From assembly GCF_030028105.1 (NCBI RefSeq), contig NC_092382.1, forward strand, positions 92,200,295 to 92,264,294: DNA of 64,000 nt. Direction: 5' to 3'. Positions within the stretch are counted from its first letter, which is position 1. Every line of letters begins with the position of its first letter. The notes under the pieces were generated by a model that searched no databases, had not been told where the DNA came from, and saw only the letters and a list, made by a program, of their open reading frames with translations. Position numbers and translations under genes: made by a program. Of the stretch, positions 1 to 14,282 are shown one piece after another. Origin of the DNA: Mobula birostris (lineage: Eukaryota).

Positions 1-712
1 GCGGTCTGTGATTCCTGTCCTACTCCCTTGTCTGAATCCCTTCTCTGCCCCTTTCGCCTCTAGCCCTCGTCTGCAGCTCCCGCCTGCACTTCGGTCTAGT
101 TCCATCGCCAGGGCTAGATAGGTACTGTCTGGTGTGCTTTGGTCTTGTCTTGTCTCGTCCTCGCCTCCGTGGGATAAGTCAGGCCGTCTTGCTGTTGCCC
201 CGCGAGGGGTCATGAGTCCCGGCCCTATGTCTTGTACCCAAGGTGGGGTCCCGACTCTCTGTTCTGTGTGTGAGTCCCGGCCCGATGTCTTGTACCCAAG
301 GAGGTGTCCCGACTCTGTGTTCTGTGAATGTGTCCATGGTTACATGTACCTGCTCTCCCGAGACCGAGGCTCTGTTTTCCATGTTCCTCCTCTCCCTAGC
401 CCATGTCATGTCCTTGCCTGGTTCTGGGGTCCGAGCCCGACGCAAGACCCAGGTACTGGGTCTTTGCCCAGTCTCGAGCTCGGAGTCCATACCCTAGCCT
501 CTTCATGTCTCCTCCAGTTCTGGGAGCCGATTCTGAGTCCAAGCCCAGACCCTTGTTCCAGCCTAGTCGTAGTCCTGAGTCCTTGTCCAGTTCGCTATTT
601 CCTGCTCGTGCCTTGCTCCCTTGGTATCGAACAATAAACTAAATCTAAATAACCTCACAAGTTGTGTCATGCATTTGGGTCCACTCTTGCTCTCAATGCC
701 CCGGCATTGTGA
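1..712 (+). mobile_element. 3' part of an LTR (probably solo), same family as 26888-28438
   Basis: Ends AATAAA (633)...GCATTTGGGTCCACTC...TGTGACA. Matches the reverse complement of the start of 26888 (GAGCGGACCCAAATGC). Contains internal degenerate tandem repeats. Confidence 0.65.
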
Positions 713-1280
713 CAAAAACTGGACCAGGCGTGTATTTGTAATGAGGTAGGGGATTTTTATGAGTTTGCATTTTAAAGGGAGATTGTGGTAAATAAGACTT
801 TTTCCAGGTGATTGTGCCTATGCAAGTGATGAAATTCAGTTAAACTGCTGGAGGAAACTGAAATGTTTGATTCTGGTTGTTTTCTCGGCATTTTCTACAT
901 TAATAGTCTTCAGTTTATTGGTCTTTTATTCTGTTTTTGATACTTTTCAAGTTAGCCACGTGGTCCTGTGACGCCACAAGGAGCCCGATTCTGGGCAGAA
1001 GTCTTCAACTCCTTGAACTCTTCCTTGAACGCCAAGGGAAACAGTCTGCCCAGATTGGGGGATGTCTACCAAGGAGGGTCACACTCTTCCCCTGGTCATT
1101 TTCTTTTCCTTTTGTACTGATCATTTCCTCATTGTTTCTGGGTTATACTTCATTCAATCTTAGTAGTGTGTGCTTCTTAACAGAATGCATATGCTCGCGT
1201 GGAGTGCTGAATTTTCTTTTCAATAATGAAAAAAAAAATCTTTGGAAGTTTCATCTGACAGTTGAGTAAATTTAGACCAG

Positions 1281-1900
1281 GATCAGAATGAGGTTTATTA
1301 TCACCGGCATGTGTCGTGAAATTTGTTAACTTAGCAGCAGCAGTTCATTGCTATTTCATAATATAGAGGAAGAAATAATAATATTAACAACAACAAATAA
1401 ATAAGTAAATCAATTGCAATGTGCGTGTATTGAATAGAATAAAAATCGTCAAAAACAAACATGATATATATTAAAAAGGGAGGTAGTGTTCACGGGTTCA
1501 ATGACCATTTAGGAATCGGATGGCAGAGGGGAAGAAGCTGTTCCTGAATCGCTGAGTGTGAGCCTTCAGGCTTCTGTACCTCCGACCTGATGGTAACAGA
1601 GAGAAAATGGCATGCCCTGGGTGCTGGGGGTCCTTAATAATGGACGCTGCCTTTCTGAAACACTGCTCCCTGAAGATGTCCTGGGTACTTTGTAGGCTTG
1701 CACAAGATGGAGCTGACTAGATTTACAACCCTCTGCAGATTCTTTCGGTCCTGTGCAGTAGCCCCCTCCCTTCGCCCCCCCCCCCCCATACCAGACAGTG
1801 ATCAGCCTGTCAGAATGCTCTCCACGGTGCATCTATAGACGTTTCTGAGTGTTTTTTGTTGACATACCAAATCTCTTCAAACTTCGAATGGAGTGCAGTC
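1281..1900 (-). mobile_element. Rex1/Babar-type LINE 3' fragment
   Basis: Minus strand encodes degenerate YRCTVESILTG-ITVWYG (RT C-terminal, DUF1891-like), followed by a 3' UTR with AATAAA and a short repeat tail. Confidence 0.7.
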
Positions 1901-1904
1901 GCTG

Positions 1905-2760
1905 TCTAACTATAAGACCACCGCCGGATGCAAACTGAATTGCCGCCACCGTCCCTTGCCCCTGGGTCCGCTGTGTTGCGATCCGCCGCTGCGGGCTGTG
2001 CTGCACTGTGGCGGGCCGCTGTGAGACCGGTGGTAGTTATTGGTGCACCGCCTGGTATGCGTCCTGGAGCCGCCCTTCGGCGCCGGGGTAGAGTGTTGTC
2101 CCCGGTACAGCCACACGGGCCCACGGCGGGACAGCAGGTCCAGGACAATGATGCAGGACTCGCGGATGTCGGCCAGCCACACCGCGTGATCCGCTGTGTT
2201 TTTTCCCACTACGATGCGCAGTCACCTCTTCCCTCTCATGAGCGCACGGTCGCCAGCCGGACCACCGTCTTTAAGCACCCTGGCGCGGATGGCCGGTCCG
2301 CTTCCGAGGCATCTGCTGCCCTCCACCACGCAGTCCGTGGACAAGCCTTGCTCTTCACCCAAACGGTCCACCCGGAGAGGCGGCACCGGAGGGGTTCTGC
2401 TGGAGGTCTCAGGCGGCGCCGCCCGCTCGACGTTTCCCGGTGGCTGCGCTGGGCTGTGGCGTGGTGCAGTACCGGGCCAAATGGCCAGTCTCGCCACACC
2501 GGTAGCAGATATCAGTCCACGGCACGCTGCGGAGCCGTGTCCCCCAGGTTGGGGAGCTTGGGTACGCTCAACCCCGTCGGGGTTCTCTGGGACGGCACGA
2601 TGCTCGGTTCATACGTTCTCCCACCGTGTCAGCGTCCCGCCTTGGATACCCGGCCCGCGAATGCGTGGGAGGTATACTGCTCGGTCCCTCGACTTGTATC
2701 AGATATCAGACCTGCCAGTCCACAATTGTGCTACAAGTTCATCCACCTATCGGTGTAGAC
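1905..2760 (-). mobile_element. Gypsy-type gag-protease remnant (GC-rich)
   Basis: Minus strand 2466-2510 encodes the CCHC zinc knuckle ICYRCGETGHLARYC. Downstream is HAVWLADIRESCIIVLDLL, resembling an aspartyl protease C-terminus. The catalytic DTG segment appears deleted. Confidence 0.75.
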
Positions 2761-2769
2761 GGTGAAGTC

Positions 2770-3900
2770 AGAATTCACACCTGCAGTCCTGTATTCGTCA
2801 CTCTTTTCCACTTTGTCCCCCTTTTACGTTTCAACTCATCCCCTTGACTACGATGTTGCCCCATCATCAGGCTATTCTTGCTAGCGGTCTCACTACACAC
2901 TGCTCCTATTTGCTTAACCAACTACCCCACCCTCAGCCCTATCATTCTGGTTCCTACCCCCCTGCCAATTTCGTTTGAACTCTCCAGAGGACCTCTAGCA
3001 GACTTGACCGCACAGATATTGGTCTCCTTCGGGATCAGGTGTAACCCGTCCCATGTGTATAAGTCGTACCTTCCCCAGCAGAAATCTCAATCATCCAGAT
3101 ATTTGGTCCCCTGGCCCCTGCGCCAGTTCCTGGGCCACGTATTTATCTGCCAAATTCTCCTATTCTTACCATCACTGGCGAGAGGCTCTGGAGCAAACTA
3201 GAGTCCATCACCCTGTTGTCTTGCTTTTCAGCTTTCTACCACGCTCCCTGACATCTCTCTTCAGGACCTCCTCAATTACCCTGCCTATGTCATTGCTGCC
3301 AATTTGGGCCAAGACTTCGAGCTGTTCGCCTTCCCCTTCAGAAGACCGTGAACCTGACCCGAGATATCCCTGACCCTGGTATCTAGGAGGCAAGACACCA
3401 TTCGGGTGTTTCCATCGCGTCCACAGAATCTCGCCACTATTTCTCCATCCATGGACTCTCCTCTCAATATTGCAGTGCTCTTCACCTCTCCTCTCTTCCG
3501 ACCCTGAGCACCAGAGACCCGGCGCTGCGGCTCCCCTCTGGTAGTTCGTCCCGCTCAACAGTATCTATAACAGTATACTCATTACTGAGGGAAACGGCAC
3601 GGGAGTTCTCTGTACTGGCCACCCATTTCCATTCCTTCTTCTGACAGCCATCCAGTAACCCGCCCACTGCAGCCGAGGGTGACGGCTTCCCTGTAGCTCC
3701 TATCTATCACTTCCTCAGTCTCCCGTGTGAGCCGAAGGAAATCGAGCTGGAGTTCCAGTTCCTGACCACATTCCCCGAGGAGTCGCGGTTCTGTGCACCT
3801 GGTGTAGATGGGATTATCCTGGAGGCTGGAATTCTCATAGAATTCCCACATCTCTCACACAGAACGCAACCCAGTCCCTGGACCATTCTCACTGCACTAA
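2770..3900 (-). mobile_element. CR1 LINE 5' region, degenerate ORF1 (Cys finger plus SGNH esterase)
   Basis: Frameshifted peptides CxxCxMWE...CTRC-like, VSCLLDTRVRDIS and EQLEVLAQIGSNDIGR...RKLKSKTT. Confidence 0.8.
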
Positions 3901-3989
3901 CGGAGTACTCGCGGATCAGCGATGAGGAAAGGAGGAGGAGGAGGAGATGGAGAAAGAGAAGAAAGAAGAAGAGACGTACTAGATACCTA

Positions 3990-4860
3990 CCTCAACAAGC
4001 CTGATGAGCAAATAATTCTAATATTTGACTTAATTGTTTGCTTTACGATGAAGGAGCGTGAATTTTAAACCGCCAATTTGTAGAAGCCGGTGGCAATGTA
4101 TAATTCGGTTGCTTATTTCTGATTTTATACTATATTTTCTCCCGATTCTGTAAACGAGAGAGCGGGTTTAAAGCCGTACAAAACAATAGTGGGCTTAGAG
4201 AGTCGACCAGGAATGGCTCCATGTGATTTTGCAAACGGCGGTTGTTCTTTTACGGATATTAATAGATTATAGTGTCCCAATACTTCACCAGTTACTGTGG
4301 GAATTTCACAGGTATTGGGTGTAGCTTAGATATTTTAAGAGCTTCTATTAACCACGTGTGGGGCAGAATCAAGTGCTTTATGGCACTCAGTATAACAGCG
4401 TGAAAGATTTCTGCTTTTTGGCCGGACTTGATTTAGAATTGAAGAATCTGCGCTTCTGCAAGTATATTATGGTAATCTAAGTGAGTGCTGAGTAGTTGCG
4501 AGATACATGGTGTTACAATTTTATATACAGTTTGTAAACAAGTAATAGGACGATATTTTGATGGGTTGTTTGTGATTTCTCCTTTTGGTAAGAGATATTT
4601 TTGTCTTATCAAACATTCGGGCACTTTCTCAGAATTTTAAGGAAAACGGTTGATATGTTTTGATAGGTACGGATCAATATAGATTATTACTATTATTATA
4701 TTTAAAATAATTTATTCTTAGATAAGTGCGCTGCTCACTAGACGCGCTTTTAAATGTGTAATGCAATAACTCTTCTTTCTAATTCACATAAATGTCATCT
4801 ATCTTAGCGCAGAATATATTTTATAAGTTAACCAACACCCGGTGAAAAACGATAACAACG
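3990..4860 (-). mobile_element. Internally deleted R4/Dong-like (RLE-type) non-LTR retrotransposon fragment
   Basis: 4433-4624 encodes YLLPKGEITNNPSKYRPITCLQTVYKIVT..HLDYHNILAEAQ (RT domain 0/1). AT-rich. Clade assigned by motif resemblance only. Confidence 0.65.
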
Positions 4861-4975
4861 TCTCTCTCTCTCTTTCTCTCTCCTCTATCTCTATTTCTAT
4901 CTATTTCTCTCTTACACACACACACTCTCAGACTCACTCTTTCTCTCTCACACACACTCACTCTCTCTCTTTCTT
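4861..4975. repeat. (CT)n/(CA)n compound microsatellite
   Basis: Visible dinucleotide runs. Confidence 0.9.
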
Positions 4976-7764
4976 TGTTTAGCAACAAATGATAACAGCA
5001 CACCAACGTATTCAACTGTAATATGTCAACCCTAAACTTATGAAACACTCTGTGGATCATAATAATATCTTCTTTGCCCTGCTTCAAGCTTAGTAAAGAT
5101 TTTTGCTCCCATTTCTCCGACATTTTCCCATGCGCTAGGTAACACCATTCACAAACTATGCTTAAATAATTTTACCTTCGGGAAGCGTCAAGAGGAAAAG
5201 AACCAGAGAGCCGCACGTGGCCATGAACATTGCTGATCGCACTGGCCGATTCGGGAGTCGAATACTCGGTTTGTTTTCCCATCCGCCCGACCTGGGATGC
5301 CTTTGGTAATGGCTGTTCAGCTGATGGTCAACTCTCATTCCGCTCATCTACCCAGCCCTGCTGACTGTGACTGTCAAGACAGCCTGTTGGTGCTGTGTAT
5401 TGTGAGATCCCCGCTCATACCGGCTGCTGGCACGTTAGTGATCAATAAGCTGTTGCTGGATATGCACACACCCAGGGAACACCCCAAAATAACTAAAGAG
5501 TTGTTTTCTCAAACCAATACTGGTATGCTACTCACGCATCTTCCTTAACCTTTTCTTGTTGTGGTTAATGCATGCGAATCTACACCATATGCCCACCGCC
5601 CACACTTGCTGAGGCCTCACTCTTTCCGGAAGCGAATACAACACCGAAGACGTGGATGCCCTCACTGAACTTAGCTTGACCGCCATGTGTTGCGACCTGC
5701 GGTTCCTTATGGCCGCTGGTCTGAGTCAGGCTGGGCGCCTGTGACGTCACAGACGGCAGCAATGTCAGCCGCACGCGGCCCACGCCCTGTCGATGATCTT
5801 TCAGACAATTTAATTAACGAGAAAGGTCGCATTTCTTTTTGCAGAAATTAAATATTTCGCTTCATTGTTGAAAACTTTTGCAGATATTAAATCGCTGATC
5901 CCCCTCATAAATTAAAGAAAATTTCAAACAAAGAAAAATTAAATTAAGGAGATTCGGACCTTGTCATCAATTAAAATGCTAATTGATTGCGGAATTGGCG
6001 ATATTTTGCAATAGTCTGTCTCGGATTTTGAAGGGTGTGGAAAATGCGGAGGTTTAAGTCCGAACAGTTTTGTTTTTACGTGTTTCTGCCGGCCTGCTGT
6101 CTCCTCAGACTATTAGTTTGATTTGCCGTTGTAAATTGCACCAACTGCGCGCATGCGTGATGGAATCTCGGGCAGTTAATGGGAACATGGACAGGGGCAA
6201 AAAAGAACAGAATTTGCCCGTTTAATGTGAGTTGCATCGAATTCTGTTTCGTTCCAAGACTCCGTGACGGGTTTATTTCGTCCGGCTTTCTGAGAACTCA
6301 CTCAGAGTGAACATGTCATTTTCAGCTGACTTGGGCAGGGGAGGTCGTGTTGTGCCGAAGGGCCCATTTCTGTCCATCACGGTCCTATGTATCTATCTCG
6401 GACTTTATTTATTCAATCCGGAGATCAGGTACACTTCTGTACTGCTCTTTCTTTACATGAGTGAAAATAACCTCTATCGGACAAGGTCAATGTGTGTTGT
6501 GTATAATAATCGATGTGAAGAGAGATATTTATTCTCCATTCCCCACCCCGCACATCCCGATTGTTTTCCTGTACTTTGTGAACGTCTCGCAGCCTTCGCT
6601 TCTGTCACTATTGTTGCCGCTATTTATTCCGAGCGGTACATTTATGAAAATTCCCAGTTCATTACAGGAAAACTGATTCTTCTTCCTTCCCCATTAGCTA
6701 AACCAACAAAGGAGGTATCTAATGGGTTTCGGTGAGAAATGTTTATTGCTCTTTTGGGCGAAAGCAAACCATTTCTATGCATTGTCGACGTTTAGACCCA
6801 AGAACCTAAGTAAGGCAGCTGATGATCGTGGAGGGGTCGTACCGGCGATGTTTCGTGTTCCAGCTTTCCTGTTCTTCTGGGAGACTACAAAAATGACAGT
6901 TTTATGAAATAATGAGTTATTCATTAATCGGGGATTTTCAAACCTTGCGGGCTGCTGGTAACTGTCACAATTCATCTTCAATAGAGTTAGAACCTAAACA
7001 GCACAACACGGCATTTGGAATGGGGAGTACAACCGGAAATGCGGAAAGTTCTCCGGGTTTTAGCAGCACACAAGGAAACAGAAGCCGTAGGAATTTTTAT
7101 CCAGGTCCCTGTGCCGATGAAGCATTGATAAAGAGTGAAGACAGGTTAGTTTTCAACAGCAGCGGTGATTGACGAAACGTGGATGGAACAAAGGATAAAA
7201 ATAATAGGGTAAGTCAAAGTCAGAGTAGATGTATTATTAAAGTAATATATGTGTCGCCATGGATAACTTGAGATTAATTTCCTTGCAGACAATTGCAGGA
7301 ACAACGAAATAAGATGGAATTTTTTTAAAAAACTGTGCATCTATACGGACAATCAATGTACAAGGAAATACATATTGTGCAAATTTTAACAAATCATCGA
7401 TTCTTCATTTTCCCCCTTTGGTTATCTATTGCAAATGGCAAGGCTGCACAATGGGCCAGAATACAGCGGTAGAAGGATAAACGCAGAGACCGTTTCACAG
7501 TTGGATGTTTGGCAAAAGTGTTTTTTTCTGTCGCGGACAGTTGTCCCACCACAGAAGTCTGTTATATGCTAAAAAGGGAAGATGAGACGTTGTTTTTCAA
7601 GCTGGAGTTGGGTCTTGCATTGCACCCGAATAGGTTATGGTCGCTAAGTCAAAGTATTCAACTCTCTGTGATGGTTGTTGACTATTCTCCTCTAATGCAC
7701 CTGCTTAATCATGCACAAAACACTTTTATGCAGCGTCTTCATGACCATTTTCTCGAATCCAGAA

Positions 7765-8105
7765 GACCATAAGACATAAGAACAGCGTTAGTCCATTCAG
7801 GCCATCGAGTCTGCTCCGCCATTCCATCATGGCTGATCCCGGACCCCATTCACCTGCCTTCTCGCCATATCCTTTTATGTCATGACCGATCACCATTCGC
7901 CTGAAATATATCCAAGGACTTGCCCTCCACCGCAGCCTGTGGCAGAACATTACACAGATTCCCGACTCTCTGGCTAAAACCATTTCTCTTTAACTCCGTT
8001 CTAAAGGGTCGCCCCTCAGTTTTGAGGCTGTGCCCTCTAGTTCCGGATACCCCCACCATAAGAAGCGTCCTCTCCACACCCCACCCCCCATCTAGTCCTT
8101 TCCAC
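7765..8105 (-). mobile_element. CR1 LINE 3' end
   Basis: Peptide TRGHSLKTEGRPFRTELKRNGFSQRVGNLCNVLPQAAVE plus a typical tail. Confidence 0.8.
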
Positions 8106-8819
8106 ACAATCCAAATATATATGACATGGATTGGCTTTCAGTTATTAAGTTGTATGTTTAATCCTCAAAGGTCAGCAGATTTCCTTACAGTATTCCTATT
8201 TTCCTTCATCTCCATTCTGCCTGATAGCTTCATGCACTTGCACACAACCTGGGATCATGTCACTAATAATGGGTTCACTGCCTTCCTAACAGAGAGTGCT
8301 AGACATCCTCCTTTCTTCTATCGTTTCCAGTCCTCTGGAACATTTCCCAAATCTAGTGTGTGTTTTTTCGGTCGATTGCTATTTGCACACCTTAAATCTC
8401 TGCAGCGACTCCCATTAGGATGGTCATGAAGTCTCTTGTGGATACTGTAGAGAGCACAGCGGATGCAGGTGAAGTTGCAGATCATGACGATGAAATGGCA
8501 AATGGAGTTTGACCAGGGCAAGTAGGAGGTAAAGCAATTTGGGAGGTCGGATGTGAAATGCGGGTAGATTGGTAATGACCGTGTTGATGTGCACACCGAT
8601 ATGGGGACCAGGTTCATAGCTCCTGGGAAGAGACCAGACAAGAATATGAGCTGGTTTACAAAAAAACAACAACAGATGCTGAGGACTTGATTGCCTTTAT
8701 TCAGCCAGACACTGATATCAATGATCAGGAAATAGTGCTGCAGTTTTATAGAACTCCAGTTGAGCCGCACCTGGAGCATTGCATTACATTCTGTTCGCCC
8801 CACTACAGGAAGGATATAT

Positions 8820-9420
8820 ATAAAAGTACTTATATAAAAGTACGGTTTATTAATGAGTTTGTATTTTATAGCAATAGTTTGGTGAATGATGTTTACCACT
8901 TTACTGTGCCTGTGTAAGTAATCAGGTTGAGATAAACTGCTGCAGGATTCTGTAAGGTGTTGGATTGTTTTTGATTTCTCTTGGCATTTTCTGTATTTAT
9001 CGTCTTGAATTTTTTGGTCTTCAATTATGTATTTTTGATCATTTTCGTGTTAACTACCGGGTCCTGTATTACCACGACGAACTCTTCTATTTATGGGAAG
9101 ATGTCTCCAACTCTGAGCCGGCCGGTCGGGATCTCTTGAAGAGGTCTAGTCTGCTCAAATCGTCATTATCATTATTGTACTTATTTTTCTGAGCTGAAGC
9201 TGGTAAAAACGGAGCACGTTCTTTTCTCAACTGTTATTCTCGTTATATTTAGGTTTGTGGCTTTCTGAACAGTTACACAGATATTGCTGTGTCGCCCTAA
9301 TTGTATAACGCTTTAGTACTGACTTTGGAATTATACCAGCTGTAGATGTTACAGTCAGGACAATTTATACTCTGTTCATTTTGCGAAGTTTTCTTTTAAA
9401 TTTCCTCTTATTATTGCTAT
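8820..9420 (-). mobile_element. R4/Dong-like deleted derivative
   Basis: VNIIHQTIAIKYKLINK matches the post-zinc-knuckle region seen at 35530-36400. Abuts a + strand CR1 RT fragment (8430-8815). Confidence 0.55.
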
Positions 9421-11239
9421 TCTATCGTTTATTTTGTATCTCCGCAGTTTGTTATCTTTTTCACACTGATTATACACCAGTTGGTGCGGTGTTTCAGTGA
9501 ATCCATTGTGATTGTTGGATATATTGATTAGGCCCACAAGAAAAGAAATCTTTGTCTCGTACACTGTGACATATTGTACTTTGATAATAAGTTTCCTTTG
9601 AACATTGAACTTTGCACTTGGATTAACGGGCTTCTGGTGTGAAGAGTGTTTTAACAAACTGGAGTCGCTTTCTCCGGAGCGTCGCGGACAGAGGAGAGGT
9701 ATGATAGAACTTTGTAAAAGTTTGAACGGGACAGACAGGGCCGACAGCGGGAATCGACTTCTGATGGAATGGTATAATATGAGACGTATGAAGATAAGGC
9801 GAGGGGGAGGGGAGTTTATAGAAGATATTCGGGACAAGAGAATGGTGGGTACCTGGAATATACTATCTGCGTCTGGGATGAAGGATGATTAAGAGACATG
9901 TGCAGACAATGTGCATAGAAAGGAGGGATATTGACTGTGTACCGGCAGAAGTGATTCATTGAATTAGCCCCCATATAGTAATAATTTCGGAACTGCATCA
10001 GGAGCTGAAAGCCCTTTTCCTGCGCTGGTCTGTTCTCTGTTCCAAGTCTGTTCTAGTTCTGTCAGCCCAGTCAATCATCGGTACAGTCCTCACCGTCACT
10101 GGGCACATCCACAGGGAGCGTTGTCACTGGGAACCACCATCCATTATCGAGAAACCCCATCATCCCGGCCATGCTCTCGTCTCGCTGCTGCCATCCGGAG
10201 GGGGGTGGAGGAGACTTCGGTCCCAGAGAACCAGGCTGAGATTCAGTTATTACCCTTCACACTGCAGGCTCCTGAGCTACTGTGGGTAACTGCACGCAGC
10301 TCGACGCAGAATTGATTCCATAACCTACTGACGCGATTTGAAAGCATCTACAATTACATACATATATTTATCTATCTCTTTATCTATCTACCCATCTCGT
10401 TACTCAGACATTTACTCTTATAATTATTATTATTATTTCATTTTTCAGCTCAAGCTGGTAGAAACTGATCTACGGGCATAGCCAAGCACACTGGTTTTTC
10501 AATTGCGAGGAACTTCCGGGCTATTCCAGTGGTGTTTAGTCGTATACATTGCAAAGGGTATTTCTATTTTCCCAGTTGGCCGCCGCCCAGGTCAGTGCTC
10601 TTCCACTGAAGAGAGAGGTGACGAAGGCAATCCTGACTCGAGCCGTCAACTGCAGAGATGGCTGGAGCTCGAAGTATAAGACGCACAGGGAAAGGAAGTT
10701 GCGGCTTTGGGTTTGGGATCCTTCGAGGCGTCGGGCAGCGGAATCCGGGGCTCAGAGAGGGGAGGTTGGCTGCCCCGGGGTTGCAGGAGAGAGGTGATCA
10801 GACAGTCAGTGGTTTCCTGTTGCTTCCGGATCGGGCATCCATCTCGGCAGAAAACTCCCTTTAGGTGAGCATTCTCTGCTGGGTCAGTCGATGGTTTGCC
10901 GATCCTGTCAGGAAATGTCGAGAACGCTTGACTCAAACGCAGAGCAGCGGATACGATCCAACGGGGAACGGTTATTTTAGTAATAAACTGCAAAATAACA
11001 AGCCACAAGGGGCCACTGAGCAAGACAGAACTGACACTAAACACGACGAGGCAACAAGGTAACTGATGGCTCGGAGCGAGGTTTTGAGGTCAGCTGGATC
11101 GGATACGTGAACATGGACTGTGCATGAGAGCTGAGTTTAAACAGCCTGCAGGTAGTGAGTTGGAAACGAGTGGCAGGTGACTCCAGTTAGCTGGGTGGAA
11201 GCTGGGAGGAGCCTACATGTGCAGGCCTCACTGGAAGTG

Positions 11240-12240
11240 GATGTGTGGATGTCGTCTACTTCGATTTTAGTCAGGCGTTGACAAGATCCCTCATGGGAGG
11301 CTCCTCCAAAGTATTAAGCTGCATGGGATCAGTGGTGAATTGGCCTCTTGGGTTCAGAACTGACTTGCCCACAGAAGACAGGGCGTCGTGGTCAAAAGGA
11401 CATTGGAGCTGGAAGTCTGTGATTACTGGTGTTCTCCAGGGATTTGCGCTGAGACCTTTTTTGTTTGCGAGGTTTAAAAATGACCGGAATGGAAATGTAG
11501 ACGGGGGTGGGGGCTGCAAATAAATTTGTAGATGTTACGAAGATTGGTGGTGTTGTGGATAGTATAGGTGATTGGCAAAGGATACATTGGGAAATAGATC
11601 TGTTGAAGAAAATTGGCAGATGGAGTTTAACACGGCCAAATGTGAAGCGTTGCACCTCACAGGTCAACTATAAAAGGGGAGTATACTGGTAAGCGCAGCC
11701 CCTTAACAGTGTGATGAACATTGGGGTCTCGGGGTCCAACTTCACAGCTCCCTCGAACTAGCGACAGAGATTTATACGGAGTTTAAGAAGGCATATGGCA
11801 TGTTGACTTTATTGGCCAAGGGATTGAGTTCAAAAGTCAGGAAATCAAGTTGCAACTTTATAAAACATTAGTTAGCCCGCATGTGGAGTATGGTATACAA
11901 TTCTGATCATCCCATTGTCAGGATAAAGTCGCGGCTTTGGAAACGGTGCACAAATGATTTACCAGGTTGCTGCCTGGAGAAGAGTACACGTGCTATAACG
12001 AGAGTTTGGACGGAGTGGACAGACAGTACTATTTCATGCCAGGTTTGAAATGTCTAATACCAGAGAACATGCATTTAATGTGAGGGGGTAAGTGGGAAGG
12101 GATGTGAGGGGCAAGGTTTTACACAGAGAATAGTGGCTGCCTTTAATGCGCTGCCTGTCGTGGCAGTAGGGGCTGACGTGTTAGAGATGTTTAAATGACG
12201 TTTAGATAAGCAGGTGGCTGTGAGGAAATAGTCGGATATG
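11240..12240 (+). mobile_element. CR1 LINE ORF2 RT fragment (decayed)
   Basis: VDVVYFDFSQA, SVITGVLQG, KFVDVTKIGGVVDS and further CR1 RT C-terminal similarity. Confidence 0.85.
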
Positions 12241-14282
12241 GACAAGAGAAAATCTGCAGATGCCGGTAATCCGAGCTACACACAGAACAAGCTGGAGGAA
12301 CTCAGCAGGCCAGGTAGCACCTGGTAAAGAGTAGAGTCGCTGTTTCGGGTCGAAACCTAAAGGATCTGGACATTGTGACGGCATAAGGGGTTTGTTTGGT
12401 TGCCCCTTTGATTATTAATTGGTTTCTGCAAACATTACAGACAGCAAGGCCTGTTCCTGTGTTGGACTGTTCAATGAACGTCTCTGCAGGCGGTTCTGTT
12501 CTGCTGGGTCAGATCCCACTAACTCTAACCACTGTCTGGTTTTACCTTGCCGCACTCTGCGACCTTCTCTTTAGGATCACCAATGTGTGCCACTGATAGT
12601 CGTTTACCTGGTGCCTTTTCCCTAGGCTTAATAAAGTGTATGATGTTATCACTGTTTACTGCTACTCCCCACTAACATTAGCTGCGTTCAGACTTTCCCC
12701 GGGACCGTTCAAAGATGCTGTCGTCCTCGCTGGGCTGGAGGGGCACGGATTCTGTGTACGGTGTGCGAGTGTGCTCAGAGACCAGCGCTGTGCCCGCAAT
12801 TCAGCTGGGAGCTGTGCCAGGCTCGGTTTGAAAAGTTGGCCGACATGTGCCTAGGGGCTCCCAGTGGTTGCCAGGAGCAGCCCGCTGGACATTGTCTCTA
12901 CCCGAGGCCCCACGTTCAGCACAGCCCGCAACAACAGTCCGTGAAGCTCACTCTCTCCCTACCCCTCCTGATGGTGCCTCGCCCCATCCTCGAATCCGTT
13001 CCGCAGGCCCCTCCCTGAGCCTACCCCACAACAGGGCATGCCCGTGCCGGTGCCAGCCTCCACAGATCACCCAGTACCAACTCCGTGCCAGCGCAATGAT
13101 TGCAAGTGCACTGAATTTGCAACCCAACCTGCCAGCAAAACAGTGATATCCCTGGCATCGCCGGATCCCCCATCCCACTCCCGGTACAGCTCAGCACACA
13201 CCTGCCCATCTTCCTGGTACTACATAGGCTGCCCCTCCCCCCATGGGGATAGGCACAGAGAATAAAATGTCCCATCCCAATGTGACATGGCCCTGACGCA
13301 ATCTATCAGATAAGTTGCCTTTGTCCCAACCATTGCTCCTCTATTTGGCAACCTAAAACTTTCTTGTTTATAGTTTTATCTGAAATTTATTAGTAAATGT
13401 ACGTTTCAAGCTGAGACATTGTCTGTTTTTCTCCCTTCACAGATGCTGACCGACCTGCTGAGTGTTTTCCGCAGGTTGTATCTTCACAAACCTCCCTCCA
13501 TCTACCTCTCCTTCCTTTCTCTGTTTCCCTCCAGTCCCCCGTCTCGCCCTACCTCTCCTTCCCTTATTATCTCTCCCCTATTTCCTTCTCTCTGCCTCTC
13601 TTCTAGTTCTCGATCTTTCTCGACGCTAAAAGGAGACTGGCCCAAATAGCTAGCTGCTGGGATTCACAGCAATTGGCAAAGTGGATCCCCTGTTACTACG
13701 GCAACAGGAGACAGAGGGATTATAATCGGCTGCTTGTGATCTGTGTTGATCCACAGGTATTGGTATTGGAACCCTTGATGTTTGAAATGGATGAGCGAAA
13801 TGGTGGGTTGTTGTGGAGTGGGGGGTTACATTGATTTTGGATCAGGCTACATGTTCAGCACAACGTCGTGGGCCGGAGGGTCTGTATTGTTCTGTATTGC
13901 TCCATATTGTATGTTCTATGTTCTAATTCAGAGCAAGAAACAACCTGCTGTATGAACTCTGCGTGTCGAGCAGCGTCGGTAGGAGGAAAGGAACTGTCGA
14001 GGTTTTGTTCGAAACCCTGCATCAGCACTCGAATGGATTCTGTTGTGTTGATAGACAAAGAGTTTTCGGAATTAAAAAAAAAGTTTACTTTGACTTACTA
14101 TCTAACCTTCAACCGTGTTTTGATTAAATATCTGACCTTTAACTATCCTAAACTGGGAATGATGTTTTCATTGCTATCCTATTAATTTCCATCAAATCTC
14201 CCCTCAGTTATCTCCACCCCACTGAACTTGCTCGCTACACCATCAACCCACACGGTTCTGCACATGCTGGAAATCCGAAGTA

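Noticed and set aside
1928-2758. 276-aa plus-strand ORF
   Set aside because: Antisense shadow of a GC-rich Gypsy gag-pro remnant with no recognisable domain.
12374-13290. Possible solo LTR (TGTGAC...AATAAA...TGTGACA); similar case at 10906-11230
   Set aside because: No convincing TSD or second copy in the window, so the boundaries cannot be supported.
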